In this document: piece by piece, positions 1 through 11,031 of the stretch
Numbering within the stretch: position 1 is the stretch's first letter
Layout of the letters: every line of letters begins with the position of its first letter
Source: Gammaproteobacteria bacterium
GTDB taxonomy: Bacteria; Pseudomonadota; Gammaproteobacteria; GCA-001735895
Direction: 5' to 3'
DNA: 64,000 nucleotides
Assembly: GCA_050298595.1 (NCBI GenBank)
Contig: JBNKUM010000094.1
Location: 189,539 to 253,538 of the forward strand
Translations under genes and position numbers: made by a program
Notes under the pieces: model-generated
Seen by the model: the letters and a program-made list of their open reading frames with translations, nothing else
Database searches by the model: none
What the model was told of the DNA's origin: nothing

Positions 1-46
1 AGTCATCACCTATGTTACTCGAGGGCAGAATATTGAACTCACAATT

Positions 47-331
47 TTGGTAGAACATGGTGAGTTGTTTTTAATATCTACTGCAATAGCCGCTACTGGC
101 TTGGGCGAGTTGGTAACAGAAGGACCAAAGCCAACTACCGGTGTAATACTTACAGCATTTTCATCTTTTGCTCTAACGGCAGTTTCAGCTTATTGGTTTT
201 CTGATTTAAATAATGCAGCACAGGTGGATCTAAATAATATCGTTAATGCATCAGTCACAATTTTCCTTGTGTCTTTGATAAGTACATTTATATGTTTTAA
301 ACAGACGGAGGTCCCAGCATGGAGAATCTAA
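47..331 (+). CDS. small membrane protein, possibly 5'-truncated by the window edge
   Basis: ORF with about 3 hydrophobic segments; overlaps the next ORF. Confidence 0.5.
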   Translation: MVEHGELFLISTAIAATGLGELVTEGPKPTTGVILTAFSSFALTAVSAYWFSDLNNAAQVDLNNIVNASVTIFLVSLISTFICFKQTEVPAWRI

Positions 332-765
332 CAATTTTGTATCCTGTTATCTTCGGATTAATCTCAATTTTTGGTTTATTTCTTACTAAAAATAAAAATT
401 CAAAAATTGAGTCGCACCTTAAGAGTATAAAGAATAACTTTATTGGTTTTCAGTCCACAGAAAGCAATGATAGTGATATTTCTGAGAAAGCGAAAGATAT
501 TGTATGGGAATTAGAAGAATCGTTGGCTGATATTAAGGAAGCTGTTGTTCAAATTGGAAACAATCTATTTATCAAGAAATTAGGGCAAAGGGGTCCCGAA
601 ATAATTTATTTTAATCTTGAGCCAAAAATTTCAGGATTCATAAAGGATAATCCGAATCTTTTGAGGCATCCTGATAAAATCTATGAAGTTGTTATCTCAA
701 TGAGGATGGAGAAGCAATCATTAGAACGTGACCCAAAAGATAGTATAAAGATAATGAATAACTAG
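319..765 (+). CDS. hypothetical protein with N-terminal TM anchor
   Basis: 148-aa ORF, GGAGG RBS at 307-311, AT-rich. Confidence 0.65.
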   Translation: MENLTILYPVIFGLISIFGLFLTKNKNSKIESHLKSIKNNFIGFQSTESNDSDISEKAKDIVWELEESLADIKEAVVQIGNNLFIKKLGQRGPEIIYFNLEPKISGFIKDNPNLLRHPDKIYEVVISMRMEKQSLERDPKDSIKIMNN

Positions 766-889
766 CCAATTTGATCTTCTGAACTCAAACTTTGAATGTC
801 GGTTCATGGTCAAGACTGTGTGAAAAGTCAAAGATTGGTATAATAGTTCATTACAACCACCGGGTCATTGTGAACGACCGCTTATTTGA

Positions 890-1058
890 CAGGCTGTGTG
901 AAAACTATTTTCAATTTTTTAAAGTGGTTTTGAACAGTCTAAAACTGGCAAATGCTCATGCCATTGTGGGTTTTATACGCTGATAATTCATCATTAAACT
1001 GGCTGGTGTAGGAAATATTTTTTGAATTTCATTTTTCTTTGAGTTTTTACACAGCCTG
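890..1058. mobile_element. MITE/IS scar with IS1182-like terminal inverted repeats
   Basis: CAGGCTGTGTGAAAACT (890-906) inverted against AGTTTTTACACAGCCTG (1042-1058); a third end AGACTGTGTGAAAA at 813-826; family from recalled IR similarity. Confidence 0.55.
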
Positions 1059-1133
1059 TTGACTTACCTGTCATTCCCTACGCCCTAGGGGTCAGGTCTA
1101 GCTTTTAGCCTATCAATCTGATAGTGTTTATCC

Positions 1134-1343
1134 ATGTCCAGACCTTTACGATTAGAATTCCCCGAAGCACTCTACCATCTCACCTCCAGAGGGGGTCGTC
1201 GTGAAAATATTTATGAAGACGATGAAGATAGCCTGGCTTTTCTAGAAGTGTTTTCATCTGTCATCGAGCAGTTCAACTGGGTGTGTTATGCCTATTGCCT
1301 GATGAGCAATCATTACCATCTTCTGGTTCAGGCCCCCGATGCT
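1134..1343 (+). pseudogene. truncated REP-associated tyrosine transposase (RAYT, Y1/HUH)
   Basis: MSRPLRLEFPEALYHLTSRG...YCLMSNHYHLL HUH motif; similarity ends at ~1343, where the duplicated block begins. Confidence 0.85.
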
Positions 1344-1344
1344 C

Positions 1345-2103
1345 AAATAACGAGGGTCAGATACAAATTAAAAATATCGCGCAGAATTTTGGGGTCACGT
1401 AAGGCTGTCAATTATGATTAGACCCAAGCTAAACTTTATAGCAATGTATTTAATGCATGCAGGGAATTCGAGAGACGGTTTACTAAATTCAACACCACTC
1501 GGGATGCGTTAGAGGAAATGTCCAGTGGACGTTTTCCTCCATGCATCCCCATGCCGTCAGATCTAAAAATGATTTCTGTAGTGCTTTTGTGTTATCCGGT
1601 CTTGCTCATGATATCCAGTTCGTTTGAAATGGCCTGATTTTTTCTTATTAGGGTTCCCACTCTCATGTAGTCTTTTACTCCGGTTGCGATCATTATGCGT
1701 CAAATCATAGATGCGATGGCTGGCCAGGTTTAGCTTCCGTTTCAGTGTCTTTCGCTCAAATCGACTTAAGTGTCCATCCTTGTTGAATTGTCTGCTCAGA
1801 GTTTTTATGTGCCGGTGTTGTTTGCGTAGCTTATGGGCTTCTTTTTTGGTTAACTCACCCATGCGAACCCCTTTATTGATGCGCTTATGCTGTCGTTCTA
1901 TTCGGTCATCGAATTGTGAATAGCCACTATGATCAACGTGAGCCATTACCGGGTTTGAGAGCACTGCTACCAGGGGTAAAACAAAAATAGTGTTAAAAAA
2001 TTTCATAATTATCTCCAGTTGTTCATTCGGAAATTACTTTATGATTGATATACTGAATGGATGCTGAACTGATAATCTTGTTCGGGGAAAAGCTCTGATT
2101 TAG
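1345..2103. repeat. direct repeat copy 1 (~750 bp); copy 2 at ~5959-6702
   Basis: Shared AATAACGAGG(G/A)TCAGATACAAATTAAAAATAT start, shared gene and shared CTCTGATTTAG end. Confidence 0.9.
1563..2006 (-). CDS. secreted basic His/Arg-rich helical protein (copy 1)
   Basis: Signal peptide; RIxxGVxxGELT and DGHLS motifs; GGAG RBS; paralog at 6176-6619. Confidence 0.8.
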   Translation of the reverse strand: MKFFNTIFVLPLVAVLSNPVMAHVDHSGYSQFDDRIERQHKRINKGVRMGELTKKEAHKLRKQHRHIKTLSRQFNKDGHLSRFERKTLKRKLNLASHRIYDLTHNDRNRSKRLHESGNPNKKKSGHFKRTGYHEQDRITQKHYRNHF

Positions 2104-2448
2104 TTCTTAAGTGCCCCTTTTTTCCGGAAACATCTTGCTTTCAAGGTAGAGGCTTTGCCTAAAATCCATGGGAATTACTATTTACTTTTTTATTGGGTTT
2201 CGATTTCATGTTACTTGCCTGGAACTAAACCGGGTCGGACATAGGTAACTCCAGAAAGTGCTACAGCATATGGGTGATGAGGTATAAAATGTGCGGATAC
2301 CTAAAATACAGAAGTGATTAATCGCTAAAACTCTGACAGAGTATGAGAGAGTGACACCAGGACGAGACGAGGAAATTGTGCAGGCGTATGCAAGCGGTAT
2401 TCACTCTTATATGGCTGACCCTGAGACTCCTGACCTTGCGAGTATGTA

Positions 2449-3264
2449 ATGAACAAAAGTCCCGATCATTTAAATAATGCTTTGTTGAACGAAATCACTC
2501 TGGCTTTCAAAACGGCGGGTGTCAGAGTAGAGGACTTAAAACTTGAGGACCTGGGACGCATCGATGAATTTCATATTGGTGGTCGGCACGTCACCCACCT
2601 GATCACACAACAATTGAATCTCAGGGCTGATCAGCAGTTGCTTGATATAGGTTGCGGCATTGGCGGAACTGCACGTTATCTTGTCGATACCTATAACTGT
2701 GAGGTGACAGGTATAGATTCAAATTCCGAATATATTGCCACTGGGCAGACGCTAAATCACTGGGTAAAACTAGCAGATAAAATCGATTTAAACTGTTGTA
2801 ACGCATTAGATCTGCCTTATGATTCAAATAACTTTGATTGCGCCTGTATGCTACATGTAGGGATGAATATTGATGACAAGTCAACATTATTCTCAGAAAT
2901 TTATCGTGTAATAAATGCGCAGGGAAAGTTGCTTATCTATGATGTGATGTTGACTGACTGTGCGCAACCAGAATATCCATTGCCCTGGGCTGATGATGCT
3001 TCAGAATCATATTTAGAAACACTTAACGACTATCTGAAACGATTAACTGCAGCAGGTTTTAAAATCGACAGGACGCAGGGCCATCGCGATACAGCTTTAA
3101 AAAGTATCAATGCATTGCGTGATTTCCGGCGCAGCAGTAATAAACCAGACATGCCGGGACTGGAGATACTCATGGGGCAAACCTTTTCTCAAAAGATTAG
3201 TAACTTGACGGCTGGTTTGACTGCCGGGTTAATTGCTCCGTTTGAAATAATTGCCAGTAAATAA
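2449..3264 (+). CDS. class I SAM-dependent methyltransferase
   Basis: LLDIGCGIGG motif; DEFHIGGR N-terminal motif. Confidence 0.9.
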   Translation: MNKSPDHLNNALLNEITLAFKTAGVRVEDLKLEDLGRIDEFHIGGRHVTHLITQQLNLRADQQLLDIGCGIGGTARYLVDTYNCEVTGIDSNSEYIATGQTLNHWVKLADKIDLNCCNALDLPYDSNNFDCACMLHVGMNIDDKSTLFSEIYRVINAQGKLLIYDVMLTDCAQPEYPLPWADDASESYLETLNDYLKRLTAAGFKIDRTQGHRDTALKSINALRDFRRSSNKPDMPGLEILMGQTFSQKISNLTAGLTAGLIAPFEIIASK

Positions 3265-3825
3265 TCAGCAGCGCTAAAAAAAAATTTAATTGTCCATTGT
3301 TTAGAGGATATTATTGACTAATTTTTATTCCCTGTGAACAAGAATAAGGGGGCAGGTTTTTTGATTTAGGATCAACCTTTTTAAATATAATTAGACTCGT
3401 ATACTTTAATAATATTTATTTTCCGGTCATTTTTTATTAGGTAGCTTGAAGCATTTAGACAAAATTTATGAAACTGTAATAAGAAATAGTTTGACATTAA
3501 AAAAATCGAAGCGTATTTTCAAAAATTAGAAAGCAGTCTTCATGGATCAAACAGGAAGTTAGTTTGGAAGTGCTCTGCAGTCTCTATGCAAAATAAATAA
3601 TAATCGCATAAAGGCAGGGGGGTATTTATACAACAAGCCATATTGGGTATAGAAGATCAAAAGCTAGTTTTTCATCAGAGAAAATTGGCGCCCGAAATAT
3701 TTCTAGTAAAGTCGTTGCCTCTCTTTTACATTAATTTGAGCAACCAAGGTTACCGTGTTTTTCAGTAGTGGCTCAGTATTTTTGCATTAGGCTAAAAGCT
3801 AGACCTGAGCCTGTTGTCTTCAATT

Positions 3826-4454
3826 CAGGGTGGATTGCCTGATGATTTTGTTAAAAAAATTAGGAATTGATACATCAAAAACATATGTGGATTTGTCCTC
3901 TGCAAAAGATGTTTTAAATAGACATACCCATATAGAAGAGAGAACTTTCTCATTATCAAAAAAAGAAATATACCTTCTCTCAGAGTAATGCCTTCAGGCC
4001 TTTGAAACATACATTACAATAATTGATGAATGTAAAGAGAGGATTAGTAATAACATAATTGATGAAGTAGATAGACACCTTAATTAATAAAGTTGTTTCC
4101 GGTGGAGTTGATGAAATTGGAGAAATAGCTACCCATAGCTGGTTTGATGAAATCTTAATTGATTAGGTTGTCGTTGATAAAATATTGGCAAAAACAGTAC
4201 TGCTAACAGTATTCGGAAATATCGGAGTAGGACTACAGTATGGATCTAATTCGGATGTAAGAGATGATATTGGTTACGTTACTTCAGACTCTTTCCCGTA
4301 TAGAGCAAATGTTACTGTTGTAATGAAACGCCCATTAGGTTCGCATACTAAAGTAATATCTCTAAATGTAGATACAGATAGTTTTATGAATGAAAAATGT
4401 ACTAACAATCTGCTGCATAGGATACGCTCGCTCTTCTGTGAGTCGGGGCGTTAG
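3826..4454 (+). pseudogene. decayed gene with frameshifts and stops, resembling pPIWI-associating nuclease-like proteins
   Basis: Segments GGLPDDF, LNRHTHIEERTF, EIATHS and LQYGSNSD...DSFPY lie in different frames; family recalled, not searched. Confidence 0.4.
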
Positions 4455-4456
4455 AA
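4400..4456 (+). other. degenerate integron attC-like site
   Basis: TACTAAC...GTTAGAA ends with imperfect internal symmetry, lying between two co-oriented AT-rich ORFs. Confidence 0.4.
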
Positions 4457-4488
4457 TTTAGGAACTACACATACTGGAAAAAATAAAA

Positions 4489-5457
4489 ATGAAAACGGTA
4501 CAATACTTCTATTTCTTCACAATTGCCCTTAGTTCGTTAATGATGATATCAGGTTGTCAATCAGCTAGTATAGAAGAACCTGTGCCAGCTTCAGAATCCG
4601 AAGATCCCAGCGCAGCAACGAAAATCGCTATCTACAATTCTAAATTAAAGTTTGCTCGCCTGGGAAGTCAGGGGAATGACTATCCTGAAATAATTAACTT
4701 AATAAGAGCAGCGGAAGAAACTGCAGCAACTGGTGAGGAAGATCAGGCAATTATGCTGGCTAATCTCGCAAGTACCAAGATCGATTTATTACTGATATCA
4801 GCTTCAAAAACAGGTTTAAAAACTGCACCAAAAATTGTGGAAACCCTATTACCGAGATTCCCTTGGCCTCCTCCTAAACCATCTTCGATGGTCGTACTCC
4901 CAACGGCTTTTTTTACACACGAATCTGGGAATGAACTTCTACTTTCTGATATTGATGAAAAAATCCTGCGTGCTCTTGACTCTTCAGGATATGTAGAACG
5001 CAGTTATCACGGTATCTCTGATGGGTTCGTGTTGGTAACACGTTTAGAAGCATTTAATTCTGATGGAACTCCAAAACTGGGGGATGATCGATGGTCTAAA
5101 GATGTTAAACCACTCAGCAATTTCACGTTAGCAGGATATCTCAAGGCTTTATTTACTAGCAATCCTGGTTTCTTTAGGGTAATTGTTTTTGCTGTAACTC
5201 CTCACTCATTCAGTCCTGATACAAAAAAGGGAAAAGTAAGTCGACCCGAGGCTATAGATTGGATTTCTAAAGGTGCAAATGTCTTACCAATACCTATAGC
5301 CAGCCAAAAGTATTCGAGTCACTATTCTTGTACCGCACTAGTTTATGAGTTCAAGAAAGAAGCGGTCGATAAAACTGCTAAGACAGAAGTTCCTGGTAGC
5401 TTACCCGCTAAAGTCCACCTTCAGAGATCAGGCATATGGCAAGGACTAAACCAATGA
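4489..5457 (+). CDS. hypothetical lipoprotein
   Basis: Lipobox ISGC; PRFPWPPP motif. Confidence 0.8.
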   Translation: MKTVQYFYFFTIALSSLMMISGCQSASIEEPVPASESEDPSAATKIAIYNSKLKFARLGSQGNDYPEIINLIRAAEETAATGEEDQAIMLANLASTKIDLLLISASKTGLKTAPKIVETLLPRFPWPPPKPSSMVVLPTAFFTHESGNELLLSDIDEKILRALDSSGYVERSYHGISDGFVLVTRLEAFNSDGTPKLGDDRWSKDVKPLSNFTLAGYLKALFTSNPGFFRVIVFAVTPHSFSPDTKKGKVSRPEAIDWISKGANVLPIPIASQKYSSHYSCTALVYEFKKEAVDKTAKTEVPGSLPAKVHLQRSGIWQGLNQ

Positions 5458-5909
5458 CTAAAAAAATATCGATTTCTATTTGCAAAAAAAGGCTTGCTAC
5501 TACATGGTTTGTAGGCGCAGGCATTCTCTTTCTTCTATTCTTTATCCAATCAGTTCTCGGTCGATTCTCTGATCGCATTATGGATGCATGGGGCTGGTTT
5601 TTGCCTAACCTAGTCCCAACTCTATCATTAATAATTGGTGTTCTGGTGTCAGAAACTATTAAAGATAATCAAAATAACAAAGAGATAGATCCCTTTATTT
5701 TTAAGCTAGCATTAGCTTTATCATATGCCTACTTCATTATTCTATCATCTACAATATTACTTAAGCCATTTAATAATTCACCACTAATAGAGTATCTAAA
5801 CACTTCAAATTTATGGCTTGCCCCATTACAAGGTTTGGCTACTGCAGCACTAGGAGTTTTTTTTGTTAACGCTGAGAAAAATGAAGAATTAGACAAGTTA
5901 AGCAATTGA
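5454..5909 (+). CDS. 4-TM membrane protein
   Basis: Hydrophobic helices; ATGA overlap with the upstream stop. Confidence 0.75.
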   Translation: MTKKISISICKKRLATTWFVGAGILFLLFFIQSVLGRFSDRIMDAWGWFLPNLVPTLSLIIGVLVSETIKDNQNNKEIDPFIFKLALALSYAYFIILSSTILLKPFNNSPLIEYLNTSNLWLAPLQGLATAALGVFFVNAEKNEELDKLSN

Positions 5910-5958
5910 TGACCCATAAAAATATCAGAGCGTTAAATGCCCGAATAACGAGGGTCAG

Positions 5959-6702
5959 AATAACGAGGATCAGATACAAATTAAAAATATTACGCAGAGA
6001 TTTGGGGTCACGTAAGGCTGTTAATTATGTTTAGACCAAAGCTAAACTCTCTAGCAATGTATTTAATGCATACAGGGAATTCCGGGGACGGTTTACTTAA
6101 TTTAACACTACTCGGGATGCGTTAGAGGAAATGTCCAGTGGAAGTGTTCCTCCATGCATCCAAATTTCGTCACATCTAACAATGATTTCTGTAATACTTT
6201 CGTGTTACTCGGTCTTGATCATGAAGTCGAGTTCGTTTGAAATGGCCAGAATGTTTCTTATTAGGGTTACCACTATCATGTAGTCTTTTATTCCGGTTGC
6301 GATCATTATGCGTCAAATCATAGATGCGATGGCTGGCCAGGTTTAGTTCCCGTTTTAGTGTCTTCCGTTCAAACCGACTTAAGTGTCCATCCTTGTTGAA
6401 TTGCCTGCTCAGCTTTTTTATGTGCCGGTGTTGTTTGCGCAGCTTATGGGCTTCTTTTTTTGTCAACTCACCCATGCGAACCCCTTTATTGATGCGCTTA
6501 TGTTGTCGTTCTATTCGGTTATCGAATTTTGAATAGCCACTATGATCATAGTGAGCCATTACGGGGTTTGAGAGTACCGCCATCAGGGGTAAAACGAAAA
6601 CAGTGTTAAAAAATTTCATAATTATCTCCAGTTGTTCGTTCGGAAATTACTTTATGATTGATATGCTGAATGGATGCTGTTCCGGGAAAAACTCTGATTT
6701 AG
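5959..6702. repeat. direct repeat copy 2 of 1345-2103
   Basis: Aligns by eye with copy 1. Confidence 0.9.
6176..6619 (-). CDS. secreted basic His/Arg-rich helical protein (copy 2)
   Basis: Same length as, and highly similar to, 1563-2006. Confidence 0.8.
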   Translation of the reverse strand: MKFFNTVFVLPLMAVLSNPVMAHYDHSGYSKFDNRIERQHKRINKGVRMGELTKKEAHKLRKQHRHIKKLSRQFNKDGHLSRFERKTLKRELNLASHRIYDLTHNDRNRNKRLHDSGNPNKKHSGHFKRTRLHDQDRVTRKYYRNHC

Positions 6703-6755
6703 GAGGCGGGGGGGCAGGTCTATCCTTTATCCTATCAATCCGATAGTCTTTATCC

Positions 6756-6850
6756 ATGTCAAGGCCCTTACGATCAGAATTCCCCGAAGCACTCTACCAT
6801 CTCGCTTCCAGAGGGGATCCTCGTGAAGATATCTATGACGACGATATAAA
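6756..6850 (+). pseudogene. short 5' remnant of RAYT
   Basis: Near-copy of 1134-1225, including its upstream GGGGCAGGTCTA...CCTATCAATC leader. Confidence 0.8.
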
Positions 6851-6930
6851 TGGTAGATTGCTGGATGAAATTTAGCGAATTGATATACGTGGATTGGGCT
6901 TCTATACTTCCTATCATTTAGGCGGAGGCC

Positions 6931-9780
6931 ATGGTGAAAAGAGTTCTCGTTTGTCTGGTTGTGGTTTTAATAGTACTGCTGTCCGCTTGCGGCGGTGGCT
7001 CCACCTCTTCAAACAACACTACGGGCGATAACACCAACCCGGGAACTACCCCCACTCAAATCCCGAATACGATTCCCGACCTCTCATGCACTTCGGGAAC
7101 CGTGCAGACGGGCGTTTGCACAACCTACGGACTCAGCGGAACACATAGCCGTAGCTGTAACACTTCCGGCGAGTGGGACGCCTGGAGCAACTGCACATCC
7201 GACCCACAGCTCCCTTCGGCCTCGGGCAATACCTATTACGTCTCCGCCAGCGGTCCCGACATCGCCGACGATACCCTGCACGGCAGCGACGCGGCCCCCT
7301 GGAGAACTATTCAGTATGCGGTAACCCAACTGCAACCCAATGATACGCTAATCATCCGGCGCGGATACTATTTTGGAACAGTGACCATCAATAGCAGCGG
7401 CGACGTAGCCAACCGAATCACCATCCGTTCCGAAATCTCGCATGCCGCCAAACTGAGCGGCGGTATCACCATAAACGGCAGCTATGTCACCGTTTATGGA
7501 CTGGATATCGAGCAGCCCACCTCCGGCACAGGCATCACCATCAACAACTCGCAAGGGGTGGAAATTCTCAGCAATCGAATCCACGACTGTCCGATGTACG
7601 GCATCAATGTCGCATCGACAGCGGCCGGTAATTATACCATCGGCGGCAATACGCTCAGCTATAACGGACAGGCCGGGATCATTCTTCGCGGCGATAGCGG
7701 CACGGTGGAAAACAACAATATTCTGGAAGTGGTGGCTTTTCATCCCAAGCTATCCTCCGTCAACGTCAGTAACGGCGACGATGCCGACGGCATCATCGTC
7801 GCGGGAAGCAATCACACCATCCGACGCAACCTCATCGCCAACTACAGCGATCCCCTGGATACCCACAACTACTATCTGCCCGACCCGATCCACAACGCCC
7901 ATGCGGACTGTTTCGACATGCGGGAGATTAGCGGAGTAACCGTTGAAGGCAACTACTGCTGGAGCAACTTTCACGTCAGCAAGGGACTTATCTTCAACGG
8001 TACCGGCGCCACCCGGGACAACGTAACCATTCGCAACAACATTTTCGAATACCGCGACGTCGGCATCAGCATTCATGCGGGCAGTTTTGCGGTACAGAAC
8101 ACCCACGTGTACAACAATCTGCTCAAAGCAAAGATCGACGATGTCATAGATTCATACCTGAACCCCGGCACCGTTGCGAGCATACCGGGGGACTGCATCT
8201 CAATCTCTGGTGTTACCAACTACACCGTGTTCAATAATATTACCGTCGACTGCGACAACCATAACATGGCAAACGTCACCGGCAACCCGGTAAAAATCAC
8301 CGGTGGCACCGGCAGTGCCGACTATAACTTCTCATGGAATTCGGACGGTGCCGTATTCAGTGGCGCCAATCCCGGCGCGCACGGCAGCCTGAGCCTCGAC
8401 CCTACATTTGTTGCCTACGACAGCAACGTGCACGGTAAAAACAATTACCGCCTGCAGGCAACCTCCCCTCTCATTGGCAAGGGCACCGCAGGCATCAACG
8501 ACACGAGCGCCACACTCATCACAGTGACCGACGACATCGATGGTCTGGCCCGCCCGCAGGACACCACCTACGAGCCCGGTCCCTATGAGTATTCAACCAA
8601 CACCGCCGCCACACCCGATTTCATCTCCACTCATGTAAATTCGACTGCGCTGGAACTGACCCCGACCAGTTGCGCCGCGCCAGCCAGCACAGTCGACGTG
8701 CAGATAGCCCGCTGGTCCGGCAATAAACAGGGAGCGGTGATTATCCGCTTTGACGACAGCACACCGGGACATGCCCTGTGCGGACTCAAGGCATTCGGTG
8801 ACCGCGATCTCACAGGAACCTGGTACATCAATCCGGGCGGTACTGCATTTAACGCCTCGATGCAGCACCCCACAACCGGCGAAACGATTGTCCTGGCGGA
8901 CAGATGGAACAATGCACCGAACCTCGGCCAGGAGCTGGCCAACCACACGCAAAATCACAGCTACGAAACCAGCCCCAGCGTGTGGCGCTCGGAAGTCGAA
9001 CAGGCGGCAGACAAAATATGGGAGATCCGCCACGGCTTGCCGCTGAAAAAGAACGGCTCGTTAATGGCGTTCAACAATAGCAGCAGCGTCGCCTGGCCCT
9101 GGTCGCCCAGCGAGGAAGCGGTTATATTGAGCGACTTAAGTAACATTGAACGGCAAACCTACATGGGACCAACCTATCAGGCACAGGCCAACCCCACCTT
9201 CTCGGTGCCGGCCGGTTCCACCGCAGATGCAATGTATTGCAGTCACCCCAGCCTGAGCCTCAACAGTGCCGGAGAGTGCGTTGACAGCGGCGGCACCGTC
9301 TACTCCAGTGGCGTCAATCAAGCAATAAACAGTGGCGTCATCTATCAGGCGGCGTTCCACGGCATTCTCAGCACCGCCACCGACAACTGCCCCGACTACA
9401 CCAACACGGGCACAACAGATAGTGGCAATGCTGGTGTGCAGTTCGCCGAACTGGAAACCTTTCTCGACAGGGTTGCCGCGCAAAAAAGCAAAGTCTGGGT
9501 GGCGGGAGCCATTCAACTCTACAAATATACCCAGGAAGCACAACGCGCCAACATCCGCATGCATCAGAGCTGCGCCGACAGAGTCTACTTCGATCTCACC
9601 ACCGCCCTCGATCCGCTCTACGATGAACCGTTAACGCTCATCGTGACGGTTCCAACTGACTGGACGGCCTGTAGCGCGATGCAGGGTGGGCAGCAACTGG
9701 GATGTACAATCGACAGCAATGGCAAGGTATTAATCAACGTCGTCCCGAACAACGGTCGGATAGCACTGTTGAAGCAGTAA
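6931..9780 (+). CDS. large lipoprotein: right-handed beta-helix plus C-terminal polysaccharide deacetylase-like domain
   Basis: Lipobox LSAC; TYYVS...GSDAAPWRTIQ; parallel beta-helix Asn ladders; RFDD and ELANHTQNH motifs. Confidence 0.85.
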   Translation: MVKRVLVCLVVVLIVLLSACGGGSTSSNNTTGDNTNPGTTPTQIPNTIPDLSCTSGTVQTGVCTTYGLSGTHSRSCNTSGEWDAWSNCTSDPQLPSASGNTYYVSASGPDIADDTLHGSDAAPWRTIQYAVTQLQPNDTLIIRRGYYFGTVTINSSGDVANRITIRSEISHAAKLSGGITINGSYVTVYGLDIEQPTSGTGITINNSQGVEILSNRIHDCPMYGINVASTAAGNYTIGGNTLSYNGQAGIILRGDSGTVENNNILEVVAFHPKLSSVNVSNGDDADGIIVAGSNHTIRRNLIANYSDPLDTHNYYLPDPIHNAHADCFDMREISGVTVEGNYCWSNFHVSKGLIFNGTGATRDNVTIRNNIFEYRDVGISIHAGSFAVQNTHVYNNLLKAKIDDVIDSYLNPGTVASIPGDCISISGVTNYTVFNNITVDCDNHNMANVTGNPVKITGGTGSADYNFSWNSDGAVFSGANPGAHGSLSLDPTFVAYDSNVHGKNNYRLQATSPLIGKGTAGINDTSATLITVTDDIDGLARPQDTTYEPGPYEYSTNTAATPDFISTHVNSTALELTPTSCAAPASTVDVQIARWSGNKQGAVIIRFDDSTPGHALCGLKAFGDRDLTGTWYINPGGTAFNASMQHPTTGETIVLADRWNNAPNLGQELANHTQNHSYETSPSVWRSEVEQAADKIWEIRHGLPLKKNGSLMAFNNSSSVAWPWSPSEEAVILSDLSNIERQTYMGPTYQAQANPTFSVPAGSTADAMYCSHPSLSLNSAGECVDSGGTVYSSGVNQAINSGVIYQAAFHGILSTATDNCPDYTNTGTTDSGNAGVQFAELETFLDRVAAQKSKVWVAGAIQLYKYTQEAQRANIRMHQSCADRVYFDLTTALDPLYDEPLTLIVTVPTDWTACSAMQGGQQLGCTIDSNGKVLINVVPNNGRIALLKQ

Positions 9781-10245
9781 CAACCGGATATACAACAGCA
9801 AGGTCATATTGAATCTCTAACGGATGGTGTTGTATAGCCAACGCGCCGGACGGACAGCGCGCTCTGGGGTCACCCATTAGGCAAATGGTCAAGCGAAGGT
9901 ATAAAAATATTCTCCCGATGTCCCGGGCTGATTCAATCACCGGTACATTTAAATTAGCGTGCCCGTCTTTTTATGGTAATGGTGCCACAGTAAGTGCTCA
10001 CCAAGAGTTCACGGTCAGGTCTTTGATTTATGATCAAGTATTGTTCGAGTATTACAGCTCACTTTCAAATTTTCTAAACGGCAACTTAGGGCCGATTGGA
10101 GTCAACTCAGTCACAATCTCGAACGACCACTTATTTGTCACTCCTGTTATTTGCTACAGCTCTTACTCAGGAATGACGGCAGTTTGCACTCGAGAAGAGC
10201 CATTGACTCTGTAGTATGGAATGTCCACTTTTTTATAACAGCCAA

Positions 10246-10872
10246 TTAACAGGTGTAATTTTTTTGATATACAACATCCCCCATGCATTTAATATGGTGG
10301 CCAATCATTTTATTAAATATTTCTAACAGGGGCTGATATTTATCAGGACCTTCCTCCAGACAGGAAAGCAAACCTACAATTGATTCCAGAGTTGAAACCA
10401 GTCCTGGTCCTGGTTGTTTTCTGATTTTATAATTTGATTGTTTCAGTTTATCTAGCTCAATAGCTGTCAACTGGTGCAAATTAGTTGATAAGTGCCATAT
10501 CTTTTTAGCTTTACGCCAACTCGCATCAATAAATACAAAGGTATACTGACTAAGAGCATTTTCTTCAACAGCATGCTTTTGCTTAAATAAACTTAGTGAC
10601 AATGCATTAGCAGTAGGAAATACAAGAAATACTTTATTAAGATTCTCATGAAGTATTTGATTTAGTTCCTGGTTGGAAGAAAAATCCTCACCAACATATC
10701 GAATGCATCGTTGCAAATATAAATCGGCAATAATCGCACTCCCTTTAGGATGACGAACTTCATCCTTATGCTGCAATATAATAATGCCTGGTTTGTTATG
10801 AACTCGCTTTATCTTGCCACATAAACAGGCCGTTTTTGGGCGATAACACTGATAACAATATGCTCGACTCAT
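10246..10872 (-). CDS. DTW-domain tRNA-uridine aminocarboxypropyltransferase (TapT-like)
   Basis: CxxC...CxC, LQHxxE, DASW and STLE motifs. Confidence 0.85.
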   Translation of the reverse strand: MSRAYCYQCYRPKTACLCGKIKRVHNKPGIIILQHKDEVRHPKGSAIIADLYLQRCIRYVGEDFSSNQELNQILHENLNKVFLVFPTANALSLSLFKQKHAVEENALSQYTFVFIDASWRKAKKIWHLSTNLHQLTAIELDKLKQSNYKIRKQPGPGLVSTLESIVGLLSCLEEGPDKYQPLLEIFNKMIGHHIKCMGDVVYQKNYTC

Positions 10873-11031
10873 ATCGATGATATTAACATTTAATAAAACA
10901 CATTAAAGTTTATGTATTCTTGCTCATTATGCATACTAAGGATTAAACCCCGAGTATTTGGAAATTTATTTACAGTGGCTATCCCAAAAAATTAAAAGAT
11001 TTTCTCCAAAACAATTTCGTCTAAAAAGAAT

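Noticed and set aside
10246-10872. DTW tRNA-modification gene as part of the tRNA array system
   Set aside because: 20 kb away and a common housekeeping gene; no linking evidence
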